DNA from: Candidatus Helarchaeota archaeon
Lineage (GTDB): Archaea; Asgardarchaeota; Lokiarchaeia; Helarchaeales; RDOG01
Direction: 5' to 3'
Length of the DNA stretch: 64,000 nt
Assembly: GCA_019058315.1 (NCBI GenBank)
Contig: JAHPZH010000001.1
Span: 817,208-881,207, forward strand
The position numbers and the translations under genes were made by a program. The notes beneath the pieces are model-generated. The model was not told the DNA's origin. It ran no database searches and saw only the letters and a list, made by a program, of their open reading frames with translations. Positions 35,787-44,944 of this stretch are shown here, piece by piece (position 1 is the stretch's first letter; each line of letters opens with the position of its first letter).

Positions 35787-36383
35787 CTATTCGATTTTAA
35801 TTAATTCTTTTTCAGTTAATATAAAATTTATCTTTTCATCATGAGATTCTTTTAAATGACTAAAATCTTCAAAAACTTGACTAGAATGGACCAAAGTTCC
35901 TGCTAAAAAGTTTTTTCCTTCGAATTTCTTTTTTAAATACTTAATTTCTCTGTCACCATAACCAGAACCTTTTCCGATTCGATTTCCATTTAAATCAACA
36001 GCCACGCTTCCTACTACTGCAAAATCGACATTTTTTGCTAATTTTTCACCAAATTTAGCTAAATTCTTTATTGTGGTATTAAATCTGCCTTTTATCATTT
36101 TAAATTCCTTCATATGTGGGGTTGCATAAGCTAATACTTTATCATCTTTTAGAATTAAATCTCGTAATGCTTTAAGAGCGAAATCAGGACCTGTAAATAT
36201 ACATAGAGAATTTAGATAATTTGGCAGTAATTTAATTTTTCCAGCTGCTTTATCAGAACCAATAAAATTAGGAATACGCCCATATATTGGGAACGGGAAA
36301 CGAGCAATTCCTTGGTTAGTCATTTTATCCCAAACAAATTTTCTTACAATTGCTTTAGTTTTCCAGATCAAAAGAACCTCCAT
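35787..36383 (-). CDS. 5-formyltetrahydrofolate cyclo-ligase family (MTHFSD-like)
   Basis: ARFPFPIYGRIPNFIG, VVGSVAVDLNGNRIGKGSGYGDRE, HD. Confidence 0.9.
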   Translation of the reverse strand: MEVLLIWKTKAIVRKFVWDKMTNQGIARFPFPIYGRIPNFIGSDKAAGKIKLLPNYLNSLCIFTGPDFALKALRDLILKDDKVLAYATPHMKEFKMIKGRFNTTIKNLAKFGEKLAKNVDFAVVGSVAVDLNGNRIGKGSGYGDREIKYLKKKFEGKNFLAGTLVHSSQVFEDFSHLKESHDEKINFILTEKELIKIE

Positions 36384-36538
36384 TTTTAATTATATTACTA
36401 AATAATAAAAAAAATTACTAATTTAATTATTCAAAATATAAGGATTGAATTATTTGGTAATTAGCTGAAAAAGGAAGCTGTAAATTTGTGTTAAATAACC
36501 AATTAAAAAAAATAAAAAATTTGATAAATTATGTGTCC

Positions 36539-37378
36539 TTATTCTTGCCGTTTTCGTAATCTTGGTAAAAGCACAAATTGATATACCAGAAATGTCACGC
36601 CTAATCCTGCAAGTAAGATTAAAAGAATTAAATTAAATTGGTCTTGAACTCCACCGATAATATTATCCACTATTAAAGGACCTATTATTGGAGCGGTTGC
36701 AAATGTGTCTAGTAATCCTTTTTCAAAGGGTAATAAAGAATCTCCGAGAAATGCATAAAATAATGATCTTACAATTGAACCTAGGAAGGTCGCAATCAAG
36801 TAATCTCTCCACTTAATTGATTCAACAAAACCAGCACCATATGAAATAATGTCAAATGGTATAAAAGGTATCACTCTTCCTAGTAACACTGTAGCAAAGC
36901 CACGTTTTTCTAACCAACCTTCAACCATCTCTAAATTCTTTTCCCCAATTACGTTTTCAACAACAGGTCTGCCTCCATGTCTTGATATATAAAAACAAAC
37001 GATAGCAGCACCCATACTTCCCACAATACCAATGACGGTTCCAAACACAAGACCATAAATTATACCAATAGCAAGCAGGACCAGTTCACTAGGAATAGGA
37101 ACTAATAATCCTTGGATTACCATAAAGCCTAAGATAATTAAAATACCTATCCATCCAAGCTGTCTGATAGGTATGACTATATATCTTATTACTATATTTG
37201 TTAAAAATGATTCATCTATGAAATAATTATAGACCAAAAGAACAACTGAAAGCACAACCAAACCTATGAAAACTAGAATAATTAGCTTTGTCTTTGTATC
37301 ATGCTTACTAAAATCGAATATTCCTTTAATATAATTTACAAATTTATTTCCAGACTTTTCTTCGCTCATTGTGGTCAT
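36539..37378 (-). CDS. TVP38/TMEM64 (DedA/VTT superfamily) membrane protein
   Basis: QGLLVPIPSE, FYISRHGGRP, RVIPFIPFDIISYGAG, YLIATFLG. Confidence 0.9.
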   Translation of the reverse strand: MTTMSEEKSGNKFVNYIKGIFDFSKHDTKTKLIILVFIGLVVLSVVLLVYNYFIDESFLTNIVIRYIVIPIRQLGWIGILIILGFMVIQGLLVPIPSELVLLAIGIIYGLVFGTVIGIVGSMGAAIVCFYISRHGGRPVVENVIGEKNLEMVEGWLEKRGFATVLLGRVIPFIPFDIISYGAGFVESIKWRDYLIATFLGSIVRSLFYAFLGDSLLPFEKGLLDTFATAPIIGPLIVDNIIGGVQDQFNLILLILLAGLGVTFLVYQFVLLPRLRKRQE

Positions 37379-37562
37379 CTTTTTAATTGAATTCTAAATA
37401 AAAAAATATAGGATTTTAATCCCTTTAATTCGTTTTTTTTAAATTATTCAAAAATGTTCTTAAAAATTTCTAAATGTGTTGTATTTATAATGCTTGAAAT
37501 GAATTCCTAGGGATCATACTGTGAAATAATTAAAAATAGATAAAAATAGAAAAAATTTGGGT

Positions 37563-38291
37563 CTAATGAATCAATGAACCCACTATACTAATTGCGATAT
37601 AGATTGATAATGCGACTGCGAATACTATAAATGGCAATTTATCATCTAGTTTGTCAATGAGGAATTTACTGAAAAAAATATAACTTAATAACCCTAACCC
37701 AATACCTACTAGACTACCGACGATTATATCCGTTGGAAAATGTACACCAACATAAACCCTTGCAAAAGCTGACAAATAACCAAATAGACTAAATAATATC
37801 TTGTATATTCTATTCTCAAATTTTAATAATAATGGTGCTATTACACAGAATCCTGATGCAGAGTGTCCTGAGGGAAAGCTATAGCCACCGGCAGATGTAA
37901 GTGGATTTAAGAATAACATTAGAGGCCATTGATCAAAAGGTCTTGGTCTTGCAAAAATTAATTTTAAAATATTTATTAGTGGTTCTTCAAATGCAAAAGC
38001 AATTAAACTTACCATTAAAATAATTTTCCATTCATCTAAAACCGGCACTTTATCTTTAGCAATTGCAGCTATCAATAATAGAATAAAAAACATTGCTACG
38101 AATATATAATGAATAAAAGATGTTTCAATTATAAATAAAACATTCAATATTGTATAAATTGGATGGCTTGTTGCTCCGTTAATAGAAATCATAATAGAAT
38201 TATCAAATGGTATTGCAGGTATTAAAAGAACAAATAGTATGGCAGAAACTATTATTATTAAAATCCGATTTTCATTAGAAACTTCTTCCAT
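37563..38291 (-). CDS. PAP2 family polyprenyl-pyrophosphate phosphatase
   Basis: KLIFARPRP, SFPSGHS, ARVYVGVHFPTD. Confidence 0.92.
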   Translation of the reverse strand: MEEVSNENRILIIIVSAILFVLLIPAIPFDNSIMISINGATSHPIYTILNVLFIIETSFIHYIFVAMFFILLLIAAIAKDKVPVLDEWKIILMVSLIAFAFEEPLINILKLIFARPRPFDQWPLMLFLNPLTSAGGYSFPSGHSASGFCVIAPLLLKFENRIYKILFSLFGYLSAFARVYVGVHFPTDIIVGSLVGIGLGLLSYIFFSKFLIDKLDDKLPFIVFAVALSIYIAISIVGSLIH

Positions 38292-38373
38292 TTAAATCCC
38301 ACTGTGCTAATTTTGATGTTAAATATTATTAATCAGAATTATTTTTAAATTTATTATCTATTAAAAAAAGAAA

Positions 38374-39258
38374 TTAAATGATGGCTAAACCAATAATTAC
38401 CAATATTATTGCAACAGCTCCAAATGCAATGCAGAAGTAACCAAATGAAATTTTCTGGGCAATACGAATTAAGATTTCCATTGTAACAAGTCCAACGATG
38501 AATGCAACACCTATCATAATAATCACTCCAGTAATATCTCCCGGAATTTGGAAATCACTTTGAATAAAATCAAATCCAGCAGCTGCGATAATAGCAGGTA
38601 GACTCATCAAGAATGATAGATAAAGTGCGGTCTCCGCTTTATAATCACGTGAAAGTAAATAGGAATTAGTTACTCCACTCCTTGAAATACCCGGTAATAT
38701 AGCAACACCTTGAACTAAGCCAGCAAGAATTGAGTCTTTATCAGTGATATCATCTTTTGTTCGGGAACCTTGAAGTTTCTCCAAAGTTATCGTTAATAAA
38801 ATTCCTGTAATTACTAGAAAGATTCCAATAATTAAAGAAACAATATCTCCAAATATCGAATTTTCTAAAAATTCGCCTATTAAGAAATATAATGGTATTG
38901 CTGTAATTGCGGTACAAAGAGTAGCAATTATTATAAATTTCCTTAAAATTTTTGATTCTTCAGTCTTCCCCGTAAGCATATCTAACCAATCACGGAAAAA
39001 TCGAATTAAAACAGAGCCAGCTGTGCCTAAATGAGCCCAAATTGAAAGCGAAAACGCAAGTGATGGATTTATATTAAAAGCGTTAATTGCTAACAACATA
39101 GTTTGCCCTTCACTTGAAATAGGTAACCATTCGACTATGCCTTGAAGCAATCCTAGTAGAGCATAAACAACTATATCAATACTTTGAAATGGAGCTAAAA
39201 TATCAATACCTTGATAAAGTGCTACTATGTAAAAAATGATAAATTCTTCCATAGACAT
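38374..39258 (-). CDS. uppP: Undecaprenyl-diphosphate phosphatase (BacA/UppP family)
   Basis: LQGIVEWLPISSEG, HLGT, QGVAILPGISRSG, SFLMSLP. Confidence 0.93.
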   Translation of the reverse strand: MSMEEFIIFYIVALYQGIDILAPFQSIDIVVYALLGLLQGIVEWLPISSEGQTMLLAINAFNINPSLAFSLSIWAHLGTAGSVLIRFFRDWLDMLTGKTEESKILRKFIIIATLCTAITAIPLYFLIGEFLENSIFGDIVSLIIGIFLVITGILLTITLEKLQGSRTKDDITDKDSILAGLVQGVAILPGISRSGVTNSYLLSRDYKAETALYLSFLMSLPAIIAAAGFDFIQSDFQIPGDITGVIIMIGVAFIVGLVTMEILIRIAQKISFGYFCIAFGAVAIILVIIGLAII

Positions 39259-39378
39259 AAATTAAACCATTTAATTAAAATTCTTTTCTTAGTCATAACA
39301 AAATTATTGTAGTAAGAATTTTAAGAAATAATAAATACATTAGTATTAACCTTATGAATTAAAAAAAGTTGAAAAATT

Positions 39379-40656
39379 ATGATTTTGAAAGAGGATATGG
39401 AAGAAGCTAAGGAGAGAATGAAAGCTTGGTGGGATCATGAGATAATTGATCGCCCAGTCATCGCATATTTTCATCCACGTCCAAAAGTTCCTTTCAAAGG
39501 TATATTCTCTTTTTGGTGTTTAGCAAAAAATTATGATGCAATTGAGGAATGTCTTAATGATTATGAAACAAAGACAGAGGGAATTTATTTTGGAGGGGAA
39601 AATATACCTGTTTATTTCCCAAATTATGGACCAGGGATTATGGCAGCGGTTCTAGGTGTTGAACCTGAATTTAAAGCAAGTACTATGTGGTTTGATAAAC
39701 CCACTGATCTAAAAGATATCGTATCAACACTCGAAAATGTAAAATTAAATAAAAGTAATGAATGGTATTCACGCTTAATACGCATTACAGAATATGCTGC
39801 TAAAAGGGCTAAAGGAAAATATCAAGTCGCCATGACTGATTTAGGCGGAGTTTTAGATATCCTTTCTTCCTTTCTAGGTCCTGAAACTATCGTTATAGCC
39901 ATCAGAGAACAACCAGAAATTATAAATACGTGTCGAGCCATTATTCTAGAAAAATTATTAAAAACCTACGATGTACTTCAAAATATTATTGATAAATATA
40001 GTGATGGATGTAGTAGTTGGCAATTTGTCTGGTGCCATAAACATTGGTATCCAATTCAATGCGATATTAGTGCAATGTTCTCCCCTAAATGGTTTAAACA
40101 GTTCGTATTACCCGATATTATTGAACAAGCTGAGAATTTAGATTACGCAATTTATCATTTAGATGGACCGTTTGCTCTTAAGTTTTTAGACGATCTATTA
40201 GCTGCCCCAGCAATAACAGGAATTCAATGGGTACCTGGAGCGGGACAACCTCCAGATGGAGCAGAAAAATGGATGCCAGTTTATAAAAAAATCCAAAAAG
40301 CGGAAAAAAATATTGTGATGGACCCTCCCCCCAAATTAGTCCCCCATGTCTATAAAGTATTAGACTCAAAGGGATTATTCGCCCGTGGAATATTCCTAAC
40401 CGATTCTATAGCGCAATTCTATTTACCCACATTTATTAAAGGTTATGGAGGCGAATTAGTCCAAAAACTTATTTCGTGGCTAAAAGAACATAAATTAAGT
40501 TTAACAAGAGATAATTTGAAAACTTTTCTTTCTGAAAAGAATATAGAGGTTAGTAAAGCTATTAGACGAACATTATACCAGGAAACCAAAAATATTCTAG
40601 CAAAGGGAGATTCTGATTTATATAATATATCCAGAGCAGCATCATTTATTGAATAA
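39379..40656 (+). CDS. Uroporphyrinogen decarboxylase-like / MtaA-CmuA superfamily TIM-barrel protein
   Basis: NYGPG, TDLGG..D, QCDISAMFSP..F..FVLP, YHLDGP, IQWVPGAG. Confidence 0.7.
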   Translation: MILKEDMEEAKERMKAWWDHEIIDRPVIAYFHPRPKVPFKGIFSFWCLAKNYDAIEECLNDYETKTEGIYFGGENIPVYFPNYGPGIMAAVLGVEPEFKASTMWFDKPTDLKDIVSTLENVKLNKSNEWYSRLIRITEYAAKRAKGKYQVAMTDLGGVLDILSSFLGPETIVIAIREQPEIINTCRAIILEKLLKTYDVLQNIIDKYSDGCSSWQFVWCHKHWYPIQCDISAMFSPKWFKQFVLPDIIEQAENLDYAIYHLDGPFALKFLDDLLAAPAITGIQWVPGAGQPPDGAEKWMPVYKKIQKAEKNIVMDPPPKLVPHVYKVLDSKGLFARGIFLTDSIAQFYLPTFIKGYGGELVQKLISWLKEHKLSLTRDNLKTFLSEKNIEVSKAIRRTLYQETKNILAKGDSDLYNISRAASFIE

Positions 40657-40704
40657 TAACACAAGAATCCAAAATTTTATTAATAAATAAAATTCAAAGA
40701 AAAT

Positions 40705-41199
40705 ATGAATCTAATTTTTAAAAATTTCCGACTAATTGAAGAGGATACAATAAGCAAATTAACTGAACTTGAGAAAGAGCAAATGCTTATTGCTGGAAAA
40801 GCATGTTGGGACACTCCAGTAGAAAGTATTATACATAACCTTGATGACGTTTTAGGACAAACTTATGAGGGGAATTGTGAACTTTGGCAGGTATTTAGCA
40901 AGAAAGATCCAGAAAAACCCCTCTATGATGTTTGGGTGTTTAATGTTGATACAGCTGTAGTATTTTATGCAAATACCAATAAAGATACTGGTGTAGGAAT
41001 GATTCAAAATTACTTCACCATAATAGAAGAAGAAACTGAAGAGGCGAAACAATTAGCAGACGATTTACAGACAGCTTTTATAAATCGACCGGAAATAGAT
41101 TATCTGGAAACCGGAGGACCCGCTAAAGCCTACCATGATGCAGTAAGAAAAATCCAAAAATCAGAAGAGGATGAAAAAACTAAAAAAAATAAAAAATAA
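40705..41199 (+). CDS. Hypothetical protein
   Basis: 164-aa acidic ORF filling the gap; no motif recognised. Confidence 0.6.
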   Translation: MNLIFKNFRLIEEDTISKLTELEKEQMLIAGKACWDTPVESIIHNLDDVLGQTYEGNCELWQVFSKKDPEKPLYDVWVFNVDTAVVFYANTNKDTGVGMIQNYFTIIEEETEEAKQLADDLQTAFINRPEIDYLETGGPAKAYHDAVRKIQKSEEDEKTKKNKK

Positions 41200-41228
41200 A
41201 AAATTAGTTTATGAAGTTCAAAATTTAA

Positions 41229-43259
41229 TTAAGCTGTATATTCTATTTCATCATGCAAATGAAGATCTCTTGATGAACTACCTATATATATTTTAAAAAT
41301 GCCCGGTTCCGCTTTCCAGCTATGAGTTTTTTCATCATAAAATGAGAAATCTCCTTTATTAAGCTCAAATGTTACTTTAACCTTTTTACCAGGTTTCAAT
41401 TTTATTTTTCTAAACCCCTTAAGCTCTTTTATAGGTCTTTCCACACTTGATTCAACATCTTGAATATATAATTGAACTACTTCTGCTCCTTCACGCTTAC
41501 CTGAGTTAAGAATATCGCAAGATACTGTAATTTTATCGTTTTTAGATATTCTTTTTTTGCTAATTTGAAGGTTCTCATATTTAAAAGTGGTATAGGATAG
41601 ACCAAAACCGAATGGAAATAGAGGTTCAATATTTTCTTTATCAAAATATCGATAGCCAACAAAGATACCCTCATCATAAAACACTTTTTCATTACCCGGA
41701 AAAGTCCTTTTTGATTTATGGGCTGGTGAATCTGATAGTTTTTTAGGAAAAGTCATTGGGAGCTTTCCAGAGGGATTTACATCTCCAAAAATAACATTTG
41801 CTATGGCAATTCCTGCCTCCATCCCAGCATACCAAGCCTCAATTACCGCTGGTACCTTTTCAATCCAGCCATCCATGGGAACAGGACTACCATTTACGAG
41901 AACAACTATAGTATTTTTATTTTCTCTGATCGTGTTATTAATTAATTCAACCTGTTCTGTAGGAAGATCAAATGATTTTCTGTCTTTTCCCTCTGAATCA
42001 CTTTCGAATTTATGACTAAGTCCTATAACAACAATGACTACATCTGCTTCTGATGGCAACTCTGTTAATTCGACTTTTCCTTCACACTTTTTTTCAATTC
42101 CAGAAAGAGGTGTAATTTCATAAAGTGCTCGAACCATTGAGCTACCACCAGCCATAGCTATCTTTTGATTTGCATTAGGTCCAATTACTGCAATTTTTTT
42201 CAACTTCTTTATATCAAGTGGTAATAGATTGTTTTCATTTTTTAAGAGAACAATACCTTCTTCAGCTATTTTTCGAGCTATTGCTTGATGTTCTGGTGTA
42301 TTTAAACTGCCTTTTGGAAGAGTTTTTTCATTATCAAAAAGACCTACAAGAAACATTACTCTTAGTAATCTTCTAATATTTTCATTAAAGGTTTCTTCAG
42401 TAAATTTACCTTCTTCGAACGCTTTTATTAATTTACTCTTTCGAAACTTGGATGCAGCTGGCATTTCAAGAGTTAGACCACCATTTATACAGCTTTCGGG
42501 GCCTTTTGTTTTTGTAGTAGCTCCCCAATCGGAAACTACGAATCCACGAAACCCCCATTCATTTCTCAATTTATCTACTAAAAGATATTTATTTTCAGAA
42601 CCATAAATTCCATTTACTTTATTGTAACAAGACATAAAAGACCAAGCGTCCGCCTCACGAACGGAAGCTTCAAAAGCAGGAAAGTAAATTTCATGAAGAG
42701 CTCTCTCACTTACTTCTGAAGAAACAGTTAATCGTTTTGTTTCTTGATTATTTGCTACAAAATGTTTTACACAAGCAGCAATTCTCTGACTTTGAAGCCC
42801 CTTTACAACAGCAACTGTTAAAACTTTATTTAAATATGGATCTTCAGATTGATATTCAAAAGTCCTGCCACAAAGAGGGGTTCTTTGAATATTTACTCCA
42901 GGAGCCAGAAGCATATGATACCCAAAATGTCGGACTTCTTGAGCTATTGCGATTCCGAATTTTTCAGAAAGTTCTGGATTCCAAGTAGCACTTCTACAAA
43001 TGGCAACTGGAAAATAAGTAGTTTTTTCACGAAAATAAATTCCGGTACCTACCCCATGAGGACCATCTGTCATTCTAAACGATTTTATACCTATACGTTC
43101 AATAGGTTTTGTATGAAAAATTTTTCTTCCTGAAGATATCTTGAATTTTTCTTCTAAAGTTAATCGACTTAAAAGATCTTCAACACGTTTTTCTAAATCT
43201 AAATTGCTATTCATAAATGGTAATTTGGAAATTTCATCCTTAGATAATTTTTCTTCCAT
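41229..43259 (-). CDS. GH3 beta-glucosidase
   Basis: TDGPHG, GRTFEYQSEDP, KHFVAN, VVSDWG (nucleophile), PFGFGLSYT, Fn3-like C-terminus; no signal peptide. Confidence 0.93.
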   Translation of the reverse strand: MEEKLSKDEISKLPFMNSNLDLEKRVEDLLSRLTLEEKFKISSGRKIFHTKPIERIGIKSFRMTDGPHGVGTGIYFREKTTYFPVAICRSATWNPELSEKFGIAIAQEVRHFGYHMLLAPGVNIQRTPLCGRTFEYQSEDPYLNKVLTVAVVKGLQSQRIAACVKHFVANNQETKRLTVSSEVSERALHEIYFPAFEASVREADAWSFMSCYNKVNGIYGSENKYLLVDKLRNEWGFRGFVVSDWGATTKTKGPESCINGGLTLEMPAASKFRKSKLIKAFEEGKFTEETFNENIRRLLRVMFLVGLFDNEKTLPKGSLNTPEHQAIARKIAEEGIVLLKNENNLLPLDIKKLKKIAVIGPNANQKIAMAGGSSMVRALYEITPLSGIEKKCEGKVELTELPSEADVVIVVIGLSHKFESDSEGKDRKSFDLPTEQVELINNTIRENKNTIVVLVNGSPVPMDGWIEKVPAVIEAWYAGMEAGIAIANVIFGDVNPSGKLPMTFPKKLSDSPAHKSKRTFPGNEKVFYDEGIFVGYRYFDKENIEPLFPFGFGLSYTTFKYENLQISKKRISKNDKITVSCDILNSGKREGAEVVQLYIQDVESSVERPIKELKGFRKIKLKPGKKVKVTFELNKGDFSFYDEKTHSWKAEPGIFKIYIGSSSRDLHLHDEIEYTA

Positions 43260-43345
43260 ATTTTTTTCTCCCTTAATTTCTATAAATTTTTATATAATTT
43301 TTTAAATGTCTTTTTCTAATTATATTTTTCTGAAGTTTTCAAATA

Positions 43346-44899
43346 CTATATTGTTTCTTCTAATTTAGTATAATTTATTCCATTAATCTCTAGTCTTTTA
43401 AGGAAAGATTCTAAACGATTTTTAAATGATTCGAAATTTTTATTTTCTTTAGGAGTCCAACATGTTTCTGCAACTGCAATCAAGCGTGGAAAAATAAATC
43501 TATAAAGCCATTCGCTATTCTGGGGCCATTCTGTCCACATTGGTGCTTCTATACCGAGGATGTTTTGGTGAAATTGTTCCTCTAGTTTTCTTAGGATCGG
43601 ATCAAAAGCATAACACTTAGATAAAGAAATTGCCTCATAACTATAATCAAGATAGAGATGGGAAACGTTTGACATAACAAAATTTCGACCATTTCGAAGA
43701 TGTTCACGAATTATACTTTTTAATCCTGACCAATATTGTCCTATAACGTTTTTTTCCAGATCATCATGTAAGATTTCATTCCAACCTATTACTCTGCGTC
43801 CATGAGATGATATATATTCTGCAATCCTGTTAATAAAGTAGACTTGCAAATCATTTTCATCCTTTAATCCTTCGTTTTTTATCCTATTTTGGCAATCAGT
43901 GCACTCTTTCCATCGATCTTTAGGAACCTCATCTCCGCCGATATGAATAATTTCCGAAGGAAAAAGTTCCATTACTTCATTTAGCACATCTTGTAAAAAA
44001 TTGAATACACTTTCTTTTCCTGCACAATACACATCTTTATGAATTCCAAAAAGTGGGGAAACTTCAAATGGACCCCCAGTGCAGCTTAGTTCTGGATATG
44101 ATGCCAAAGCAGACTTTGTGTGTCCCGGCATTTCTATTTCAGGAATAATATTAATAAATCGTTTAGTTGCATAAGAAATAATTTCTCTTATATCTTCTTG
44201 AGTATAATATCCTTCATGTGGAATGCCATCAGTTCCAAAACTCGAAAAACCACCAATTTGCGTTTCTTTTCTTTTTGATCCAATTGATATAAGCTTTGGA
44301 TATTTTTTTATTTCAATCCTCCATCCTTGATCTTCAGTAAGATGCCAATGGAAGACATTCATCTTTAGTAGTGCCATTACATCGAGTATTTGCATAATTA
44401 CTTCTTTTCCAAAAAAATGTCTTCCTACATCAAGCATAAACCCTCTCCATTTGAATCGGGGATAATCTCGAATTTCAATACATGGAATAGTCCAATTAAT
44501 ATCTCCAACAAATTTTGGAGCTTCTATTTTTTCAGATAGGAGTTGACGTAGACTTTGAATTCCGTAAAATATACCAATACTCGCATGTGCTGATATATTA
44601 ATACCTTGTTGTGTTATTTTAAGGATGTAATCTTCTTGATTAATTGTTTTTTGTTTTGAGTCAAGAGAAAGTATGATAATATTTTCTTCAGACTTAGATT
44701 TTATAGAATCTTCAATTGGAATATTAAATCCAGTAGCTGGATCTAGAATTTTTTTTAAATATTCACCATTTTTTTTACAATTTTCATCAACAAGAATCTT
44801 TGTTTTATTATTTAAAGTGAATTTACCAGATGTAACTGTCATTCTTACAGGTTTTGGTATAATAGAAATTAATTTTGTTTTTTCATTTTCTATTGTCAT
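43346..44899 (-). CDS. GH20 beta-N-acetylhexosaminidase
   Basis: DYPRFKWRGFMLDVGRHF, HWHLTEDQGWR, EIEMPGH, HIGGDE, WTE; no signal peptide. Confidence 0.95.
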   Translation of the reverse strand: MTIENEKTKLISIIPKPVRMTVTSGKFTLNNKTKILVDENCKKNGEYLKKILDPATGFNIPIEDSIKSKSEENIIILSLDSKQKTINQEDYILKITQQGINISAHASIGIFYGIQSLRQLLSEKIEAPKFVGDINWTIPCIEIRDYPRFKWRGFMLDVGRHFFGKEVIMQILDVMALLKMNVFHWHLTEDQGWRIEIKKYPKLISIGSKRKETQIGGFSSFGTDGIPHEGYYTQEDIREIISYATKRFINIIPEIEMPGHTKSALASYPELSCTGGPFEVSPLFGIHKDVYCAGKESVFNFLQDVLNEVMELFPSEIIHIGGDEVPKDRWKECTDCQNRIKNEGLKDENDLQVYFINRIAEYISSHGRRVIGWNEILHDDLEKNVIGQYWSGLKSIIREHLRNGRNFVMSNVSHLYLDYSYEAISLSKCYAFDPILRKLEEQFHQNILGIEAPMWTEWPQNSEWLYRFIFPRLIAVAETCWTPKENKNFESFKNRLESFLKRLEINGINYTKLEETI

Positions 44900-44944
44900 T
44901 TATTTTTAACTCCAATTATTAGTTATTTAACAGATTGAATGGAA

